In this document: piece by piece, positions 48,377 through 57,544 of the stretch
Layout of the letters: each line of letters opens with the position of its first letter
Position numbering within the stretch: position 1 is the stretch's first letter
IMG/VR virus record: IMGVR_UViG_3300023110_002336
Coordinates: 26,622 to 90,621 of that record
DNA from: a virus
Strand: one strand, 5' to 3'
DNA length: 64,000 nt
The notes under the pieces: generated by a model
The model's database searches: none
What the model was told of the DNA's origin: nothing
What the model saw: the letters and a program-made list of their open reading frames with translations, nothing else
Position numbers and translations under genes: made by a program

Positions 48377-49152
48377 TTGACTAATCCTTCCTTCATAAGT
48401 AGTTTCAAGACTTCTTTGTATAAGTATAACTCATTGTACTCACTTTGTTTCTTCTTTCTTTTTCTCGCTCCAAGCGGCGCTCCGTATCCTTGGACGGCAC
48501 CACCAGCCATAGCAGACATCTCTTCGATCTGTGAGTCTAGACCAAGCACAGCCCTCACAGAATCAGTTCTGCCGTCTCCAAAAAACTCATCAGCGTTCTC
48601 GCCCTGCTCTAACATTTTACGAGCGTCAGTAGCGCTGAACGGCTCTCCAGAGGGTCTTTTGGCTGGGACGACGGCTGTCTCTTCTGGTGGTAGTAGGTTG
48701 ACGCCGGGTTTGATGTATTTTGCGGCAGTCTTCCAACGTTTGAAATCACCACCTTTCTGGCTAGCACCCAAGACGACGTTTGTTCCGGGCTCTAATGGAC
48801 CTTCTTCTCCGACAAACTCAAATGTGGCTTGGACAGGGGAAGGCTTAGGGGAAACCTCAAGTCTTACATTAGGTAACCCCGCATCGTCAAGGAGCATTTC
48901 CCAGATTTCCATAGACTGCCTAGCAGTGATTGGCTTACCGCCAACACCCCTGCTTGCCTTGAGAGGAGAAGAAATAAGAACAATCACCTCGTCTGCTTGT
49001 TGGGCATACTGGCGAACCATGTCCAAATGCCCCAAATGTGGTGGTTTGAAAGCACCGGGTACAATAGCGATAGTCCGACCCCCTACAGGATCGGAATCTT
49101 CGTCTTCTAACTCTAAAACGAGTTCTTCTATGCTGTTGTATAATTCAGACAT
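48373..49152 (-). CDS. HxGH nucleotidyltransferase (NMNAT/cytidyltransferase-like)
   Basis: PGAFKPPHLGH and FSATDAR. Confidence 0.75.
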   Translation of the reverse strand: MSELYNSIEELVLELEDEDSDPVGGRTIAIVPGAFKPPHLGHLDMVRQYAQQADEVIVLISSPLKASRGVGGKPITARQSMEIWEMLLDDAGLPNVRLEVSPKPSPVQATFEFVGEEGPLEPGTNVVLGASQKGGDFKRWKTAAKYIKPGVNLLPPEETAVVPAKRPSGEPFSATDARKMLEQGENADEFFGDGRTDSVRAVLGLDSQIEEMSAMAGGAVQGYGAPLGARKRKKKQSEYNELYLYKEVLKLLMKEGLVK

Positions 49153-49160
49153 TAGAACTC

Positions 49161-49418
49161 CTATAGATCGAGGTCTTCTTCCAGAATTGAAACCTTTTTG
49201 TTGAGAACTTCATTTGTGTGCTTCATTTCTCTCGCTTTGAGTTTTATCTCAGAGAGAACATCACAAATGGCTTGAAGCCTAGCCTCTTCACTTAGAGACT
49301 TAGGCTTTGCCTTTAACAACTTTAGTTCTTGTTGTGCTTCCTCGATAAGACTCTCAAGATCTTCTTTTCTTGGAACCCCGTCAAGGAAATCGCGCCACTT
49401 AGACATCTTCATTCTCAC
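49161..49418 (-). CDS. Small coiled-coil protein
   Basis: MSKWRDFL.. start, heptad pattern. Confidence 0.6.
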   Translation of the reverse strand: MRMKMSKWRDFLDGVPRKEDLESLIEEAQQELKLLKAKPKSLSEEARLQAICDVLSEIKLKAREMKHTNEVLNKKVSILEEDLDL

Positions 49419-49557
49419 TTTGGGCTTGGTCTAATAAAAATCCTTGTGATTTCAAAAATTCTATCATTTCAGAATTAGAAATACCATTTTTATGAGAAAA
49501 ATGTGTTTTTTCTTGTTCTTTATTTTGAACTGGTATTTTCTTATATTCTTTTGACAT
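49399..49557 (-). CDS. Small hypothetical protein (52 aa, not in track)
   Basis: TAATG overlap with the upstream stop; MSKEYKKIPVQ...ENEDV*. Confidence 0.45.
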   Translation of the reverse strand: MSKEYKKIPVQNKEQEKTHFSHKNGISNSEMIEFLKSQGFLLDQAQSENEDV

Positions 49558-50627
49558 TATCTAGACACTTTTTTATTCATAGCTTCTTTGACTAATTTGC
49601 GGATTAGGTTACGAATCTGTGCTTCGTCCATCTTTTCTTTCTTGTCTTGGTCCTTGCAAGGAACGTGATCGCACTTTTCGTCCTTGCCGTCGCCATCATC
49701 ATACTTACCTTTTTCTTCTGCCTCTTCCATCGGGCGAGCACGCTTCTGTGAAGAACGGCGGTCGTCATTCTGCTCGCGGTCAGCAGTCAATTCACGACCT
49801 GAAGAAGAAGCGCCTTCCTCGATCTCTTCTGATTCTGCGTAGAGACCCTGAGCCATCACGGCTGCATCTATGCACTTTTGGGAACCTTCTTCTGCTCCGC
49901 CGCGACGGCATTCTGGCGGCAAGAATCTTTCGTCGCCTTCCTCTTCAAGATGCTTGCGATAGTCCTTCTCACCGTAGTATCCCTTTATGGCGTCTTCATA
50001 ACGGTCACGATCCCGCGCCGTTTTTATCTTTTTCTTGGCGGCAGCCACACTATTCGGGAGATCTTCGTCGTCTCCGGTGCGTCCTTTGAAGACACCCTCT
50101 TCAACAGCTTCTTCCTCCTGAGACTCAGTAAGAAGATTAAATGAGAAACCCCATTTCTCTGTTAGGAGAGTTGGTAACTCTCTGTTTTTCCAATCTTTAA
50201 TAGACATGTCTTTTTTTGCTCCTTTCTGCAAAGATTCATTGTAAATAGTGCCCTTTATGCTATCTTCCCAATCACGAAAACACAAATTGCCTTTCTCGTA
50301 GGCTTGCCTCTCCATTTCGCGTAGGTGAGCGTCATTTTGGGCATAGCCCTCACCCATTTCACCTACGTCGTTGAACTGACCATTACAATTCTGTGTGTGA
50401 TGCACCAGTTCGTGAGATAGGGAACGCATAACGTCTTTCGGATGTCTCCCATTTATGTAAAGAGTGACCGACATCTTCTCTGGGTCATAGTAAGCGGTCT
50501 TGCCTAATGGATTCTGTGCGTTCTCGGGATCATCACGCAAAAACACACGCGGTGGCTTCTGAAAGCCCATTCGCTTCTGAGCGAACGGCATGAACTGATT
50601 GAACAGCGGCTGTAGAATGTCTTTCAT
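49557..50627 (-). CDS. HExxH metallopeptidase with acidic, scaffold-like C-terminal half
   Basis: RSLSHELVHH..E.QAY; the C-terminal half is Glu-rich and ends EAQIRNLIRKLVKEA. Confidence 0.7.
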   Translation of the reverse strand: MKDILQPLFNQFMPFAQKRMGFQKPPRVFLRDDPENAQNPLGKTAYYDPEKMSVTLYINGRHPKDVMRSLSHELVHHTQNCNGQFNDVGEMGEGYAQNDAHLREMERQAYEKGNLCFRDWEDSIKGTIYNESLQKGAKKDMSIKDWKNRELPTLLTEKWGFSFNLLTESQEEEAVEEGVFKGRTGDDEDLPNSVAAAKKKIKTARDRDRYEDAIKGYYGEKDYRKHLEEEGDERFLPPECRRGGAEEGSQKCIDAAVMAQGLYAESEEIEEGASSSGRELTADREQNDDRRSSQKRARPMEEAEEKGKYDDGDGKDEKCDHVPCKDQDKKEKMDEAQIRNLIRKLVKEAMNKKVSR

Positions 50628-50956
50628 TTGAGGAAGGTCTCACTTTGCTTTGGAGAATACCAAATATACTCTAAGTAGTTGCCAAATGGGTCTTTGACAT
50701 AGACGCCGACTGTGCCATCCCGATGATGAACTCTCACTCCATCTTCTGGAAGGTCATCGTATTCCTCCACCAGCACCCCAATGTGTTCATAGGGGTAGTA
50801 TTCTTCATTTATAAGGGCTATGTTGGTGTTTCCTACCTTTAGGCGAATGTATTTGTGGTCCTTGTAGGTAATTTCAGCACTAAGATGCCCCAAATACCAT
50901 GATTCTGCGATTTCTAGGTCGCTTACTTTGATTGCTATGTGGTCTATAATGTTCAT
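50624..50956 (-). CDS. VOC/glyoxalase family protein
   Basis: IDHIAIKVSDL..WY, HIGV, YVKDPFGNYLE. Confidence 0.85.
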   Translation of the reverse strand: MNIIDHIAIKVSDLEIAESWYLGHLSAEITYKDHKYIRLKVGNTNIALINEEYYPYEHIGVLVEEYDDLPEDGVRVHHRDGTVGVYVKDPFGNYLEYIWYSPKQSETFLK

Positions 50957-50957
50957 T

Positions 50958-51218
50958 TTATACCTCTTTTTCGTCTGCTGAAGACACTAGTTTTAGTGAA
51001 AAAGTGAACAATTCTACCGGTATTTTCGGCTCTTTCATGGGTAAAACGGTGGTTACACACACCATTCTATCAGAAAAAATGGTGTTTTTTACCTCTAAAA
51101 CGACTCCAAGGTGTTGAATCCAGTCAGAATTGTCAGAATTCCACTTAGACCAAGCAACAATGTCACCGATTTTGATGTTTTCAGCCGCTAACTCACCGAA
51201 ATTGTTCTTTTCTTCCAT
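50958..51218 (-). CDS. Small KOW/SH3-like protein
   Basis: IKIGDIV.W...GVVLEV; probable start MEEKNN. Confidence 0.55.
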   Translation of the reverse strand: MEEKNNFGELAAENIKIGDIVAWSKWNSDNSDWIQHLGVVLEVKNTIFSDRMVCVTTVLPMKEPKIPVELFTFSLKLVSSADEKEV

Positions 51219-51253
51219 CTCACGAGAGTAAATAGCGCCCAAAGCGGTCTTTA

Positions 51254-51406
51254 TTAGACCAAATGTTGGGATTTGGACCAAAACTGTCCCAAAATACAAC
51301 CAATTCCTGTTATAACTGTAATTTCATAGCCAAAAAATGCATAAAATAGCCAAAAACAAACTACAGTCAATGTAATTTTTGGTATTTTGCCAAAAGTAAG
51401 CATCAT
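51254..51406 (-). CDS. Small membrane protein (50 aa, not in track)
   Basis: MMLTFGKIPKITLTVVCFWLFYAFFG...; fills the gap. Confidence 0.45.
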   Translation of the reverse strand: MMLTFGKIPKITLTVVCFWLFYAFFGYEITVITGIGCILGQFWSKSQHLV

Positions 51407-51407
51407 A

Positions 51408-51701
51408 TTAATTAAAACCTATCTCTTCTATGTCATCTGGGTGGATAGCAAGTAGATTGAAGCCATCATACACCAAGATTCTGTCTTTTTCATCCATTTC
51501 GTAACTGATTACATAGACTTGGATGCCTCTATTGACTTTCAGGAGTGTTTTCTTAGTCGGAGCCCATAGATAGAGGACACCAGTGCCCTTGATCATTGCG
51601 GGATTGACTAATTCCTTGGTTTTATCAATCTTTTTGCCAGTTATCTGGCGGATAACTTGCTCAACTCTATCAGCTTCAAGTTCATCCCACGCCATTTGCA
51701 C
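51408..51701 (-). CDS. Hypothetical protein (SH3-like C-terminus)
   Basis: 97-aa ORF. Confidence 0.55.
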   Translation of the reverse strand: MQMAWDELEADRVEQVIRQITGKKIDKTKELVNPAMIKGTGVLYLWAPTKKTLLKVNRGIQVYVISYEMDEKDRILVYDGFNLLAIHPDDIEEIGFN

Positions 51702-51945
51702 CTGCTTTACTTAAGATAACGATGTCTGTTTGGTCATTTGTCCTAGCATAAGACATCTTCGTTAGTAAATAGCGCCGGTTTAGATCTTCAAATACATCAC
51801 CCTTGAATTCTAAGAAAAAATGCTTGTTGTAACTGAGCCACTGGACCACAAAAGAGTCACTTTTGGACTGAACAACAATCCCTCTTTTTAAATAACACTC
51901 GTCAATTGGGTGCTTTTGTTCTACATAATCGCCAAGTTCTATCAT
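51682..51945 (-). CDS. Small KOW/SH3-like protein
   Basis: IELGDYV...GIVV...VVQW. Confidence 0.6.
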   Translation of the reverse strand: MIELGDYVEQKHPIDECYLKRGIVVQSKSDSFVVQWLSYNKHFFLEFKGDVFEDLNRRYLLTKMSYARTNDQTDIVILSKAGANGVG

Positions 51946-51963
51946 AATGGCTCCTATGTAACT

Positions 51964-51991
51964 AAAATAACACGCTTTTTGTGATTGTCAA
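51964..51991 (-). promoter_or_regulatory. Sigma70-type promoter
   Basis: TTGACA-N16-TATTTT with TG; SD AGGAG. Confidence 0.55.
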
Positions 51992-51998
51992 ATAAATT

Positions 51999-52319
51999 TT
52001 AGCCTATTGGACCCATCAACTTGCTTAGAAGAACTAAAACTGCCATTGCAAACTGGACAACAGCGAAGATTGTGATTGCTTTTGTCTTGAAATTATTTAA
52101 TTCTTCTACATCTTTAACTAATTTGGCTAGCTGGGGCGGCGAGATCACATCATCAATCTTTCCTTTCCATTCTCTCAACTCAACAACTTTGTCTTCTTTG
52201 GCTTTGAGTTCAGTTAGTTCTTGCTTTACTGTTTGAAGATCAACTCTAAGTGCCTCAATACCCTGTGATAATGCCTGGAGTTGGGCTAAAACTAGTTGAT
52301 TATAATTTTGTTCAGGCAT
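51999..52319 (-). CDS. Coiled-coil protein with C-terminal TM helix
   Basis: Heptad pattern followed by AITIFAVVQFAMAVLVLL. Confidence 0.65.
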   Translation of the reverse strand: MPEQNYNQLVLAQLQALSQGIEALRVDLQTVKQELTELKAKEDKVVELREWKGKIDDVISPPQLAKLVKDVEELNNFKTKAITIFAVVQFAMAVLVLLSKLMGPIG

Positions 52320-52348
52320 TTAGAGCCCTCCTTACGTTAGTTAATTAG

Positions 52349-53497
52349 TCAAGACTTGTAGTCACCGCCACGTTTCTGTCTTTTGCAGTATTGTTTTTGG
52401 CTAAAACCCTTTGGAGATGAGCAATTTATGCTTCTTTTATACTTTTGCGACCACTTCTTGGCTTCTTCGTCGATTGTTTCTTCGCCAATAAGGCGTTTTC
52501 TCTGATCTTTACACAAGAATTTACCGCTAAGAGGGATGATGTCCTTGTTCTGACGCCAGAAATCTTCCAATTCTACCGGGATGTGCCCACATTGATCACC
52601 AGTTACAGGATCTTTATTGCCTCTCGTGCTATCAAGAATCTTTAGATAGTAACGATAGACATCATTTTTGTCTTCTTCGGACAAACTAGCCTCAATCCAG
52701 TTGTAGAGGCTGTTGAAGTTACGCATTTCTTCAACCGAGATAGGTGTCCTATAGATTTTTTCAATCAGTTCTAGAGCCTCCTGCGGGCTTGAAACGACCT
52801 TTTCCTTTGTGCCCTTGCGATAGATTCCCTTCGCGTGCTGGAATGAGTAGTCTTTTACTCCGAGAAGAGATAAAATCAACTGAGTTCTGTGCAGACCCTT
52901 CAGCATTTCTTGATCTTTTGATGGAGCATCCGAGAAATAAGCAAAGGTAAGCCAATCTAAGTTACCAAGCATCCAGTCGATCTGGATTCCAACGTCTTGT
53001 TGCTCTCCAGAGTCCGAGATCTGAGGAAATAAAGAGAACATACTGTTTGATGTAATCTTCTTTAGATCTGTTTTGATCAATTGAGAGTTCTGGTCGATGT
53101 ATTTTGCTAGCTCTTGTAAGAACGCACGAAGATCTAACTCTTCATTTGTAGCATTCTTTGATCGTTTAGCAAACTTTTGTCTTGTCTCAGCCCAAGTTTG
53201 TGGGTCAAGATTCCAACTCTGCAACATAGCGTCATCAATCTTCTTGCTAGGCACTAATCTGGGCACATCTACGGCGAGGTCGATGTCGCCAGATCTAGCT
53301 TTCTTACCTACAGAACCAACTGGTTCAAAAGTTTGGAATAGTTCTGAGTGCTCTGGAAATAAGCGAGCAAGTTCTTCGTAGTAGTGCTCAAGCGTTGGCT
53401 GGATAAATTCCAGAGGAATAGGACCAACGGCTTCGCCTTTGAAGACATTTCCACCTTCATTGACGAACCTACGCCAGTTTTCCATCAAAAGTTTCAT
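52349..53497 (-). CDS. Leader-bearing Pol-beta-superfamily nucleotidyltransferase
   Basis: MKLLMENWRRFVNE leader; GSVGKK..SGDIDLAVD and QIDWM. Confidence 0.7.
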   Translation of the reverse strand: MKLLMENWRRFVNEGGNVFKGEAVGPIPLEFIQPTLEHYYEELARLFPEHSELFQTFEPVGSVGKKARSGDIDLAVDVPRLVPSKKIDDAMLQSWNLDPQTWAETRQKFAKRSKNATNEELDLRAFLQELAKYIDQNSQLIKTDLKKITSNSMFSLFPQISDSGEQQDVGIQIDWMLGNLDWLTFAYFSDAPSKDQEMLKGLHRTQLILSLLGVKDYSFQHAKGIYRKGTKEKVVSSPQEALELIEKIYRTPISVEEMRNFNSLYNWIEASLSEEDKNDVYRYYLKILDSTRGNKDPVTGDQCGHIPVELEDFWRQNKDIIPLSGKFLCKDQRKRLIGEETIDEEAKKWSQKYKRSINCSSPKGFSQKQYCKRQKRGGDYKS

Positions 53498-54501
53498 CAG
53501 TTTAATTCTTCAGTGTCTTTCTTGAGGGTTTGTGCATTCTGACGTGCTCGCAATGCGGAGTCCTTAGCCTCTGGTGCTCCCAAGTAGTATTCATTAACGT
53601 TCTTTGATAAAAGGTCAAGTTGCTGATAGATTTCAACAAGAACAGAGCCAAGCCTCGCGGTGTATAATTCGGCTAGCTTTCTCATTTCTTCGCGAGAACC
53701 ACCAAGATTCAAATTACCAATGAAATATTTTGGCTTCATTATGTAAGCTATGCCTAGACCATTGCCAGTTTTGTTTTTAGCAGATGTTACAAATTTTTTA
53801 GCGCCCTTGGTTTTCTTTCCAAGATCTTTGGCTGTAAAGTTGCCACGTATACTACGGTGACCAACAGTAAATTGATAAAAATCTATACTCATAACATTGT
53901 TGCTTGAGTCTCTGTTCTTGATTGCTACGACATATGTCATTGGAACTTGGTATTGTTCTATACTAGCAACCAAATTATTGTAAGAAGCTGTCACATAAGC
54001 AGATGCTCCAGAAAAGAAAAACTTCAAACTCATTGGATTACCTTTATCATCAACAATATCAGTAACGTCTTGATTTCTTCCACCTATAGTCTCAATTTGT
54101 TCTGCATCTCCACCAAAGAGTGCTGCAAGCAGTGACTCAAATAAAAACCCGCCAGTTTTGTCATTGAAGTCGTAGATGACTGATGAAAGGGAATCTAGAA
54201 AAACGAGGTTTGCGAGAATTTCAGAAACATCTTTTTGGGCTGCACATCCTGCATCGCACTCAGCGACAAAAGAATTTAAAGATTCAATCTTTGCAGCAAG
54301 AGAATCGCCAGCAATCTTAGAGGTAAACATCTCAATGATTTTTCTGTCGTCACTGCCGGGTGTTCCCCACTGTTCAGAAATTCTGAACTTGGGTAGACGA
54401 AGAACCATTTCTTCCCCACCACCTGCGGCAATATCAACTGCTCGCGTTGGCATTTCTTCTGCAATTAGGAATTTATTCCAATGTTCAAATAACTCTTTCA
54501 T
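53497..54501 (-). CDS. Leader-bearing PD-(D/E)xK-like nuclease
   Basis: MKELFEHWNKFLIAE leader; GFLFESLLA..DVTD..MSLK. Confidence 0.5.
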   Translation of the reverse strand: MKELFEHWNKFLIAEEMPTRAVDIAAGGGEEMVLRLPKFRISEQWGTPGSDDRKIIEMFTSKIAGDSLAAKIESLNSFVAECDAGCAAQKDVSEILANLVFLDSLSSVIYDFNDKTGGFLFESLLAALFGGDAEQIETIGGRNQDVTDIVDDKGNPMSLKFFFSGASAYVTASYNNLVASIEQYQVPMTYVVAIKNRDSSNNVMSIDFYQFTVGHRSIRGNFTAKDLGKKTKGAKKFVTSAKNKTGNGLGIAYIMKPKYFIGNLNLGGSREEMRKLAELYTARLGSVLVEIYQQLDLLSKNVNEYYLGAPEAKDSALRARQNAQTLKKDTEELN

Positions 54502-54572
54502 TTCAATGACTCCATGTACTTAACTAGTCTTTCAGCTTCACCATCGCTTAGAATCCAATTGTAAGATGGTTT

Positions 54573-55721
54573 TCATGTGTTGAATCTTCCGAGATCAACA
54601 ATAACAATATCATTCGTGCCGGGACGCATCATAACGTTACCAGCGTGAACATCAAAAGGTCTAAACTCGCGGTCAGCAAACCTTTTCATCGCATCGCGGA
54701 CAAACATAATCTCTGGGAACTCTTGTTCTAGTTCGTCTTCTTGCCCGTAGAACTGGTCCATACCACGGAGAGCGGAGTCTTGTGATAATTCTCGTCCTTC
54801 TGCTCCAGAAACCAGAGGCTTTTGATATGCTTTTTCAAAACCAATAATTAGTGATTCTTTCATGTGTTGCTTATATTGTTCTATTACTTCTCTGTGTGCT
54901 TCACTTCTAGCATGATTTAGCATCTCTTTGTAACTTATTTGAACGTAGAGCATCATGAGCTTCTTACCTAAGTCGCTCATCGCCATTCTTCTTATGTAAG
55001 GATCGGGACGCACAGCAGGTATAGTGCCTGAGAAGAATTGTTCCATAATTTTTTTCTCTGCGGCTTCTTGTGCTTTCACGGTTAGATAATTACCTTGTTC
55101 TCCCATCAAACTCCAAGCAATATTCAAAAGCGAAGAGACGAGCTTGGGATTCTTGAGAAGTCGCTTGTCTCTAATTTCTCTTGCTCTTTTGTTTCTGTCT
55201 GAGTTGCCAAGAGCAGCAAACATTGATCTGGCAACATCTGTCGGTAATGGCTCTAGTTGTTCCATAACAATAAAGCCATGTTTCTTCTTTGTGCCGTCTG
55301 CACCTTCACCTTCAACTGGAATGTCTTCCATTGAGGCTTCATAGACGACGGGTAGATACTTCTTGTAGGCTCTAAAAGAATTGTAGTTATCTTTCACAAA
55401 CTTGTAGTTTTTTACCTCTCTCTCGGCAGAAGCACCACCACCTTGGTCAGCATCGATAGTCTTGATGGCCACAGTCTGACCAGTTTTCTTGTTTGTTGCT
55501 TTATAAACCTTGCCGTCCATACCAGAACCCAGTAGTTTATCTAGATAGTAGCCCTTCTCTGATAGGAAAAGTTTCAAGCCTGTAAGGGCACGGCGCTCGG
55601 GTTGTGGATCTGGTTTTGTTGGCTCATCGTTAAGAGCAAATGTAGGCTCTGCATCTCTGACTGTAGGACCAGCGAGTGGATTTTGCTCTAGCAAGAATTG
55701 ATTCCAAAATTTATTATACAT
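54573..55721 (-). CDS. Leader-bearing Ser/Thr kinase-like protein
   Basis: MYNKFWNQFLLE; LGSGMDGKVY, VAIK, EREV, DVHAGNVM, VDLG. Confidence 0.8.
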   Translation of the reverse strand: MYNKFWNQFLLEQNPLAGPTVRDAEPTFALNDEPTKPDPQPERRALTGLKLFLSEKGYYLDKLLGSGMDGKVYKATNKKTGQTVAIKTIDADQGGGASAEREVKNYKFVKDNYNSFRAYKKYLPVVYEASMEDIPVEGEGADGTKKKHGFIVMEQLEPLPTDVARSMFAALGNSDRNKRAREIRDKRLLKNPKLVSSLLNIAWSLMGEQGNYLTVKAQEAAEKKIMEQFFSGTIPAVRPDPYIRRMAMSDLGKKLMMLYVQISYKEMLNHARSEAHREVIEQYKQHMKESLIIGFEKAYQKPLVSGAEGRELSQDSALRGMDQFYGQEDELEQEFPEIMFVRDAMKRFADREFRPFDVHAGNVMMRPGTNDIVIVDLGRFNT

Positions 55722-55906
55722 TATTTTCTACCTGTTATCAAGAAATACAACGAAAAACACGCAACGTTAAATAGTGTTAGAAGTTGTAATTGGGGTTGTT
55801 CCGAGATAACAGCAAAAAGAAAAAGCCCAATGTTTATCGCAATACATGTCATTGACATGGTTTCGATAAAACGATTGGACTGATTCATTCGTGAGCCCTC
55901 TACCAA
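55721..55906 (-). CDS. Small two-TM membrane protein
   Basis: Two hydrophobic segments. Confidence 0.5.
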   Translation of the reverse strand: MVEGSRMNQSNRFIETMSMTCIAINIGLFLFAVISEQPQLQLLTLFNVACFSLYFLITGRK

Positions 55907-55917
55907 TAAGTAGAGTG

Positions 55918-56148
55918 TTAGTCGTCTATGTTTGAGATAATGTCAATTTCAGAAGGCTGTAGCCACCTCTTTGAGTTTGTCCTAAACATAAATACTTCTA
56001 TAAATAAAGCACTCTCTGGTTTTTTAGGAACCCCTGTTACGATTCCAACATCTCCTGCCTTATTTAGAACATCTATTTGAGAGAGCTTTCTAATTCTTAC
56101 TAGGTCTCCGGGTTTGTGCGCGAAATACCAATCTGACTTTCCATCCAT
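55918..56148 (-). CDS. Small KOW/SH3-like protein
   Basis: KPGDLVRI...GIVTGV. Confidence 0.6.
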   Translation of the reverse strand: MDGKSDWYFAHKPGDLVRIRKLSQIDVLNKAGDVGIVTGVPKKPESALFIEVFMFRTNSKRWLQPSEIDIISNIDD

Positions 56149-56558
56149 GCGACAGCCTCCTCTCTAGTCTCAAGCTTATCAGATAGACACCCGATAAACC
56201 TGTGTGTTCCTCCTTCGGCAACACACCAAGCCCATTTCCATTCTGTGTCCTCGTTACACATAAGACAAGTAATGGAAGAACTCTGACTTAGAGCAGGGAA
56301 CTCCTGCGCTACGAGTTTTGATAGAAGGTTGTTCCTCTTCTTGGCGAACATGTCTTCTTTCTCGTTTCTGATCTCGGCTGCTCGCTCCTGCGGTGCGTCT
56401 TCGGGAATGACGACCCACTCTGCGTTTTGGAACTTCTTGTCTAGTGTAGGCAGAACGTCCGAGAAGAAAAATTCTTTTTTATCTGCCTCAAATGTTGTGA
56501 TTGGGGTCTTTGCCCTCTTGCCATTTTTGAAAATTTTATAAGCATTCCAGTTACTCAC
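56100..56558 (-). CDS. Hypothetical protein
   Basis: 152-aa ORF. Confidence 0.6.
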   Translation of the reverse strand: MSNWNAYKIFKNGKRAKTPITTFEADKKEFFFSDVLPTLDKKFQNAEWVVIPEDAPQERAAEIRNEKEDMFAKKRNNLLSKLVAQEFPALSQSSSITCLMCNEDTEWKWAWCVAEGGTHRFIGCLSDKLETREEAVAWMESQIGISRTNPET

Positions 56559-56829
56559 TCGTGCCTCCTGCTTTGTGAATTTGGATTGTTCCTACAATGA
56601 TAGACATTTTTAGCCCTTCTTCTTCCATGAATGGAATGTTATTGAAATGATTGAACTTTTCTGTTTGGTGAAACCAAGTGATTTTCCAAACATAGATGTC
56701 ATCGTGGGCGATGTCTATTCTTCTCTCACGCTCAGACAGGAACCCTTTGGAGCCTGTGCTAACGTCTATTATCATATCTCCTACAGATAATGTAACACAC
56801 TGCGACAAATCTCGCAAGTCATTCATCAT
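56551..56829 (-). CDS. Small KOW/SH3-like protein
   Basis: LSVGDMIID...GFL...VWKITW...EEEGL. Confidence 0.6.
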   Translation of the reverse strand: MMNDLRDLSQCVTLSVGDMIIDVSTGSKGFLSERERRIDIAHDDIYVWKITWFHQTEKFNHFNNIPFMEEEGLKMSIIVGTIQIHKAGGTSE

Positions 56830-57073
56830 CTTTCTCTACTATGTTCCATTCTCCTGCGTTGAGAAGCGAAAGCAGAGCCTCTTCTATGAATGGGATCATA
56901 CAGTTTTCAAAGTCAGTCGTTGGTCCAGCCCAATACATGTCCCAGACCCAAATCTCTTCGTGCTCCCAGCCTTTCATTATGTCGAATCTTTCAACCAAGA
57001 ATCCTAAATCATTTGTAACTGGATCCTTGACTAACAAGCCGGGTTTTAGGTCATTTTTCCTGTAGTACCTCAT
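56819..57073 (-). CDS. Small KOW/SH3-like protein (paralog of 56551-56829)
   Basis: LKPGLLVKD...GFLVER...VWDMYW...IEEAL. Confidence 0.6.
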   Translation of the reverse strand: MRYYRKNDLKPGLLVKDPVTNDLGFLVERFDIMKGWEHEEIWVWDMYWAGPTTDFENCMIPFIEEALLSLLNAGEWNIVEKDDE

Positions 57074-57350
57074 GCTTATAACTAGCTTGCTCTTCGTTGA
57101 TGAGTAGCCAGTTTTCATGGGACTTGATGCAGGCAGCAGCAAATTCGCGCATTTTCTCACTATCGATCTCGGAAGTAGCCTTTAACACGCACACGCTACC
57201 GGGCATGTAAATAGCTTTTCCTGTTGTAGCAATACTTTCAACCTTGACGCGCTCAACTTCGCTGCCAATAACATTCAGCTTGTGATGTAGTGAGAATGCA
57301 GTAGCACAGCCACTTAGCATAAACAAACCAATAATAAATTCGTTTTTCAT
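57051..57350 (-). CDS. Secreted or lipoprotein-like protein
   Basis: Hydrophobic N-terminus with LSGC. Confidence 0.5.
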   Translation of the reverse strand: MKNEFIIGLFMLSGCATAFSLHHKLNVIGSEVERVKVESIATTGKAIYMPGSVCVLKATSEIDSEKMREFAAACIKSHENWLLINEEQASYKHEVLQEK

Positions 57351-57358
57351 GTTGTCTC

Positions 57359-57544
57359 CTATTCTACTGGTTCAACTAGATTAATAGACAGCCTCCCTGA
57401 CCTTCTTACCCTGATCCAGTAGACCTCGACATAATTGTCATCGAGAATTTTTAAAACCAATCCCAAGTCTCCAACTACAATTCCAAAAGAGTGTAGCCAA
57501 ATAGGATAGATTGAATTTAGCCTAACTAGATCGCCTACATTCAT
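57359..57544 (-). CDS. Small KOW/SH3-like protein
   Basis: MNVGDLVRL...GLVLKI...VEVYW. Confidence 0.65.
   Translation of the reverse strand: MNVGDLVRLNSIYPIWLHSFGIVVGDLGLVLKILDDNYVEVYWIRVRRSGRLSINLVEPVE

Noticed and set aside
48281-49204. 307-aa plus-strand ORF
   Set aside because: It is the antisense shadow of the HxGH nucleotidyltransferase gene and has no motifs.
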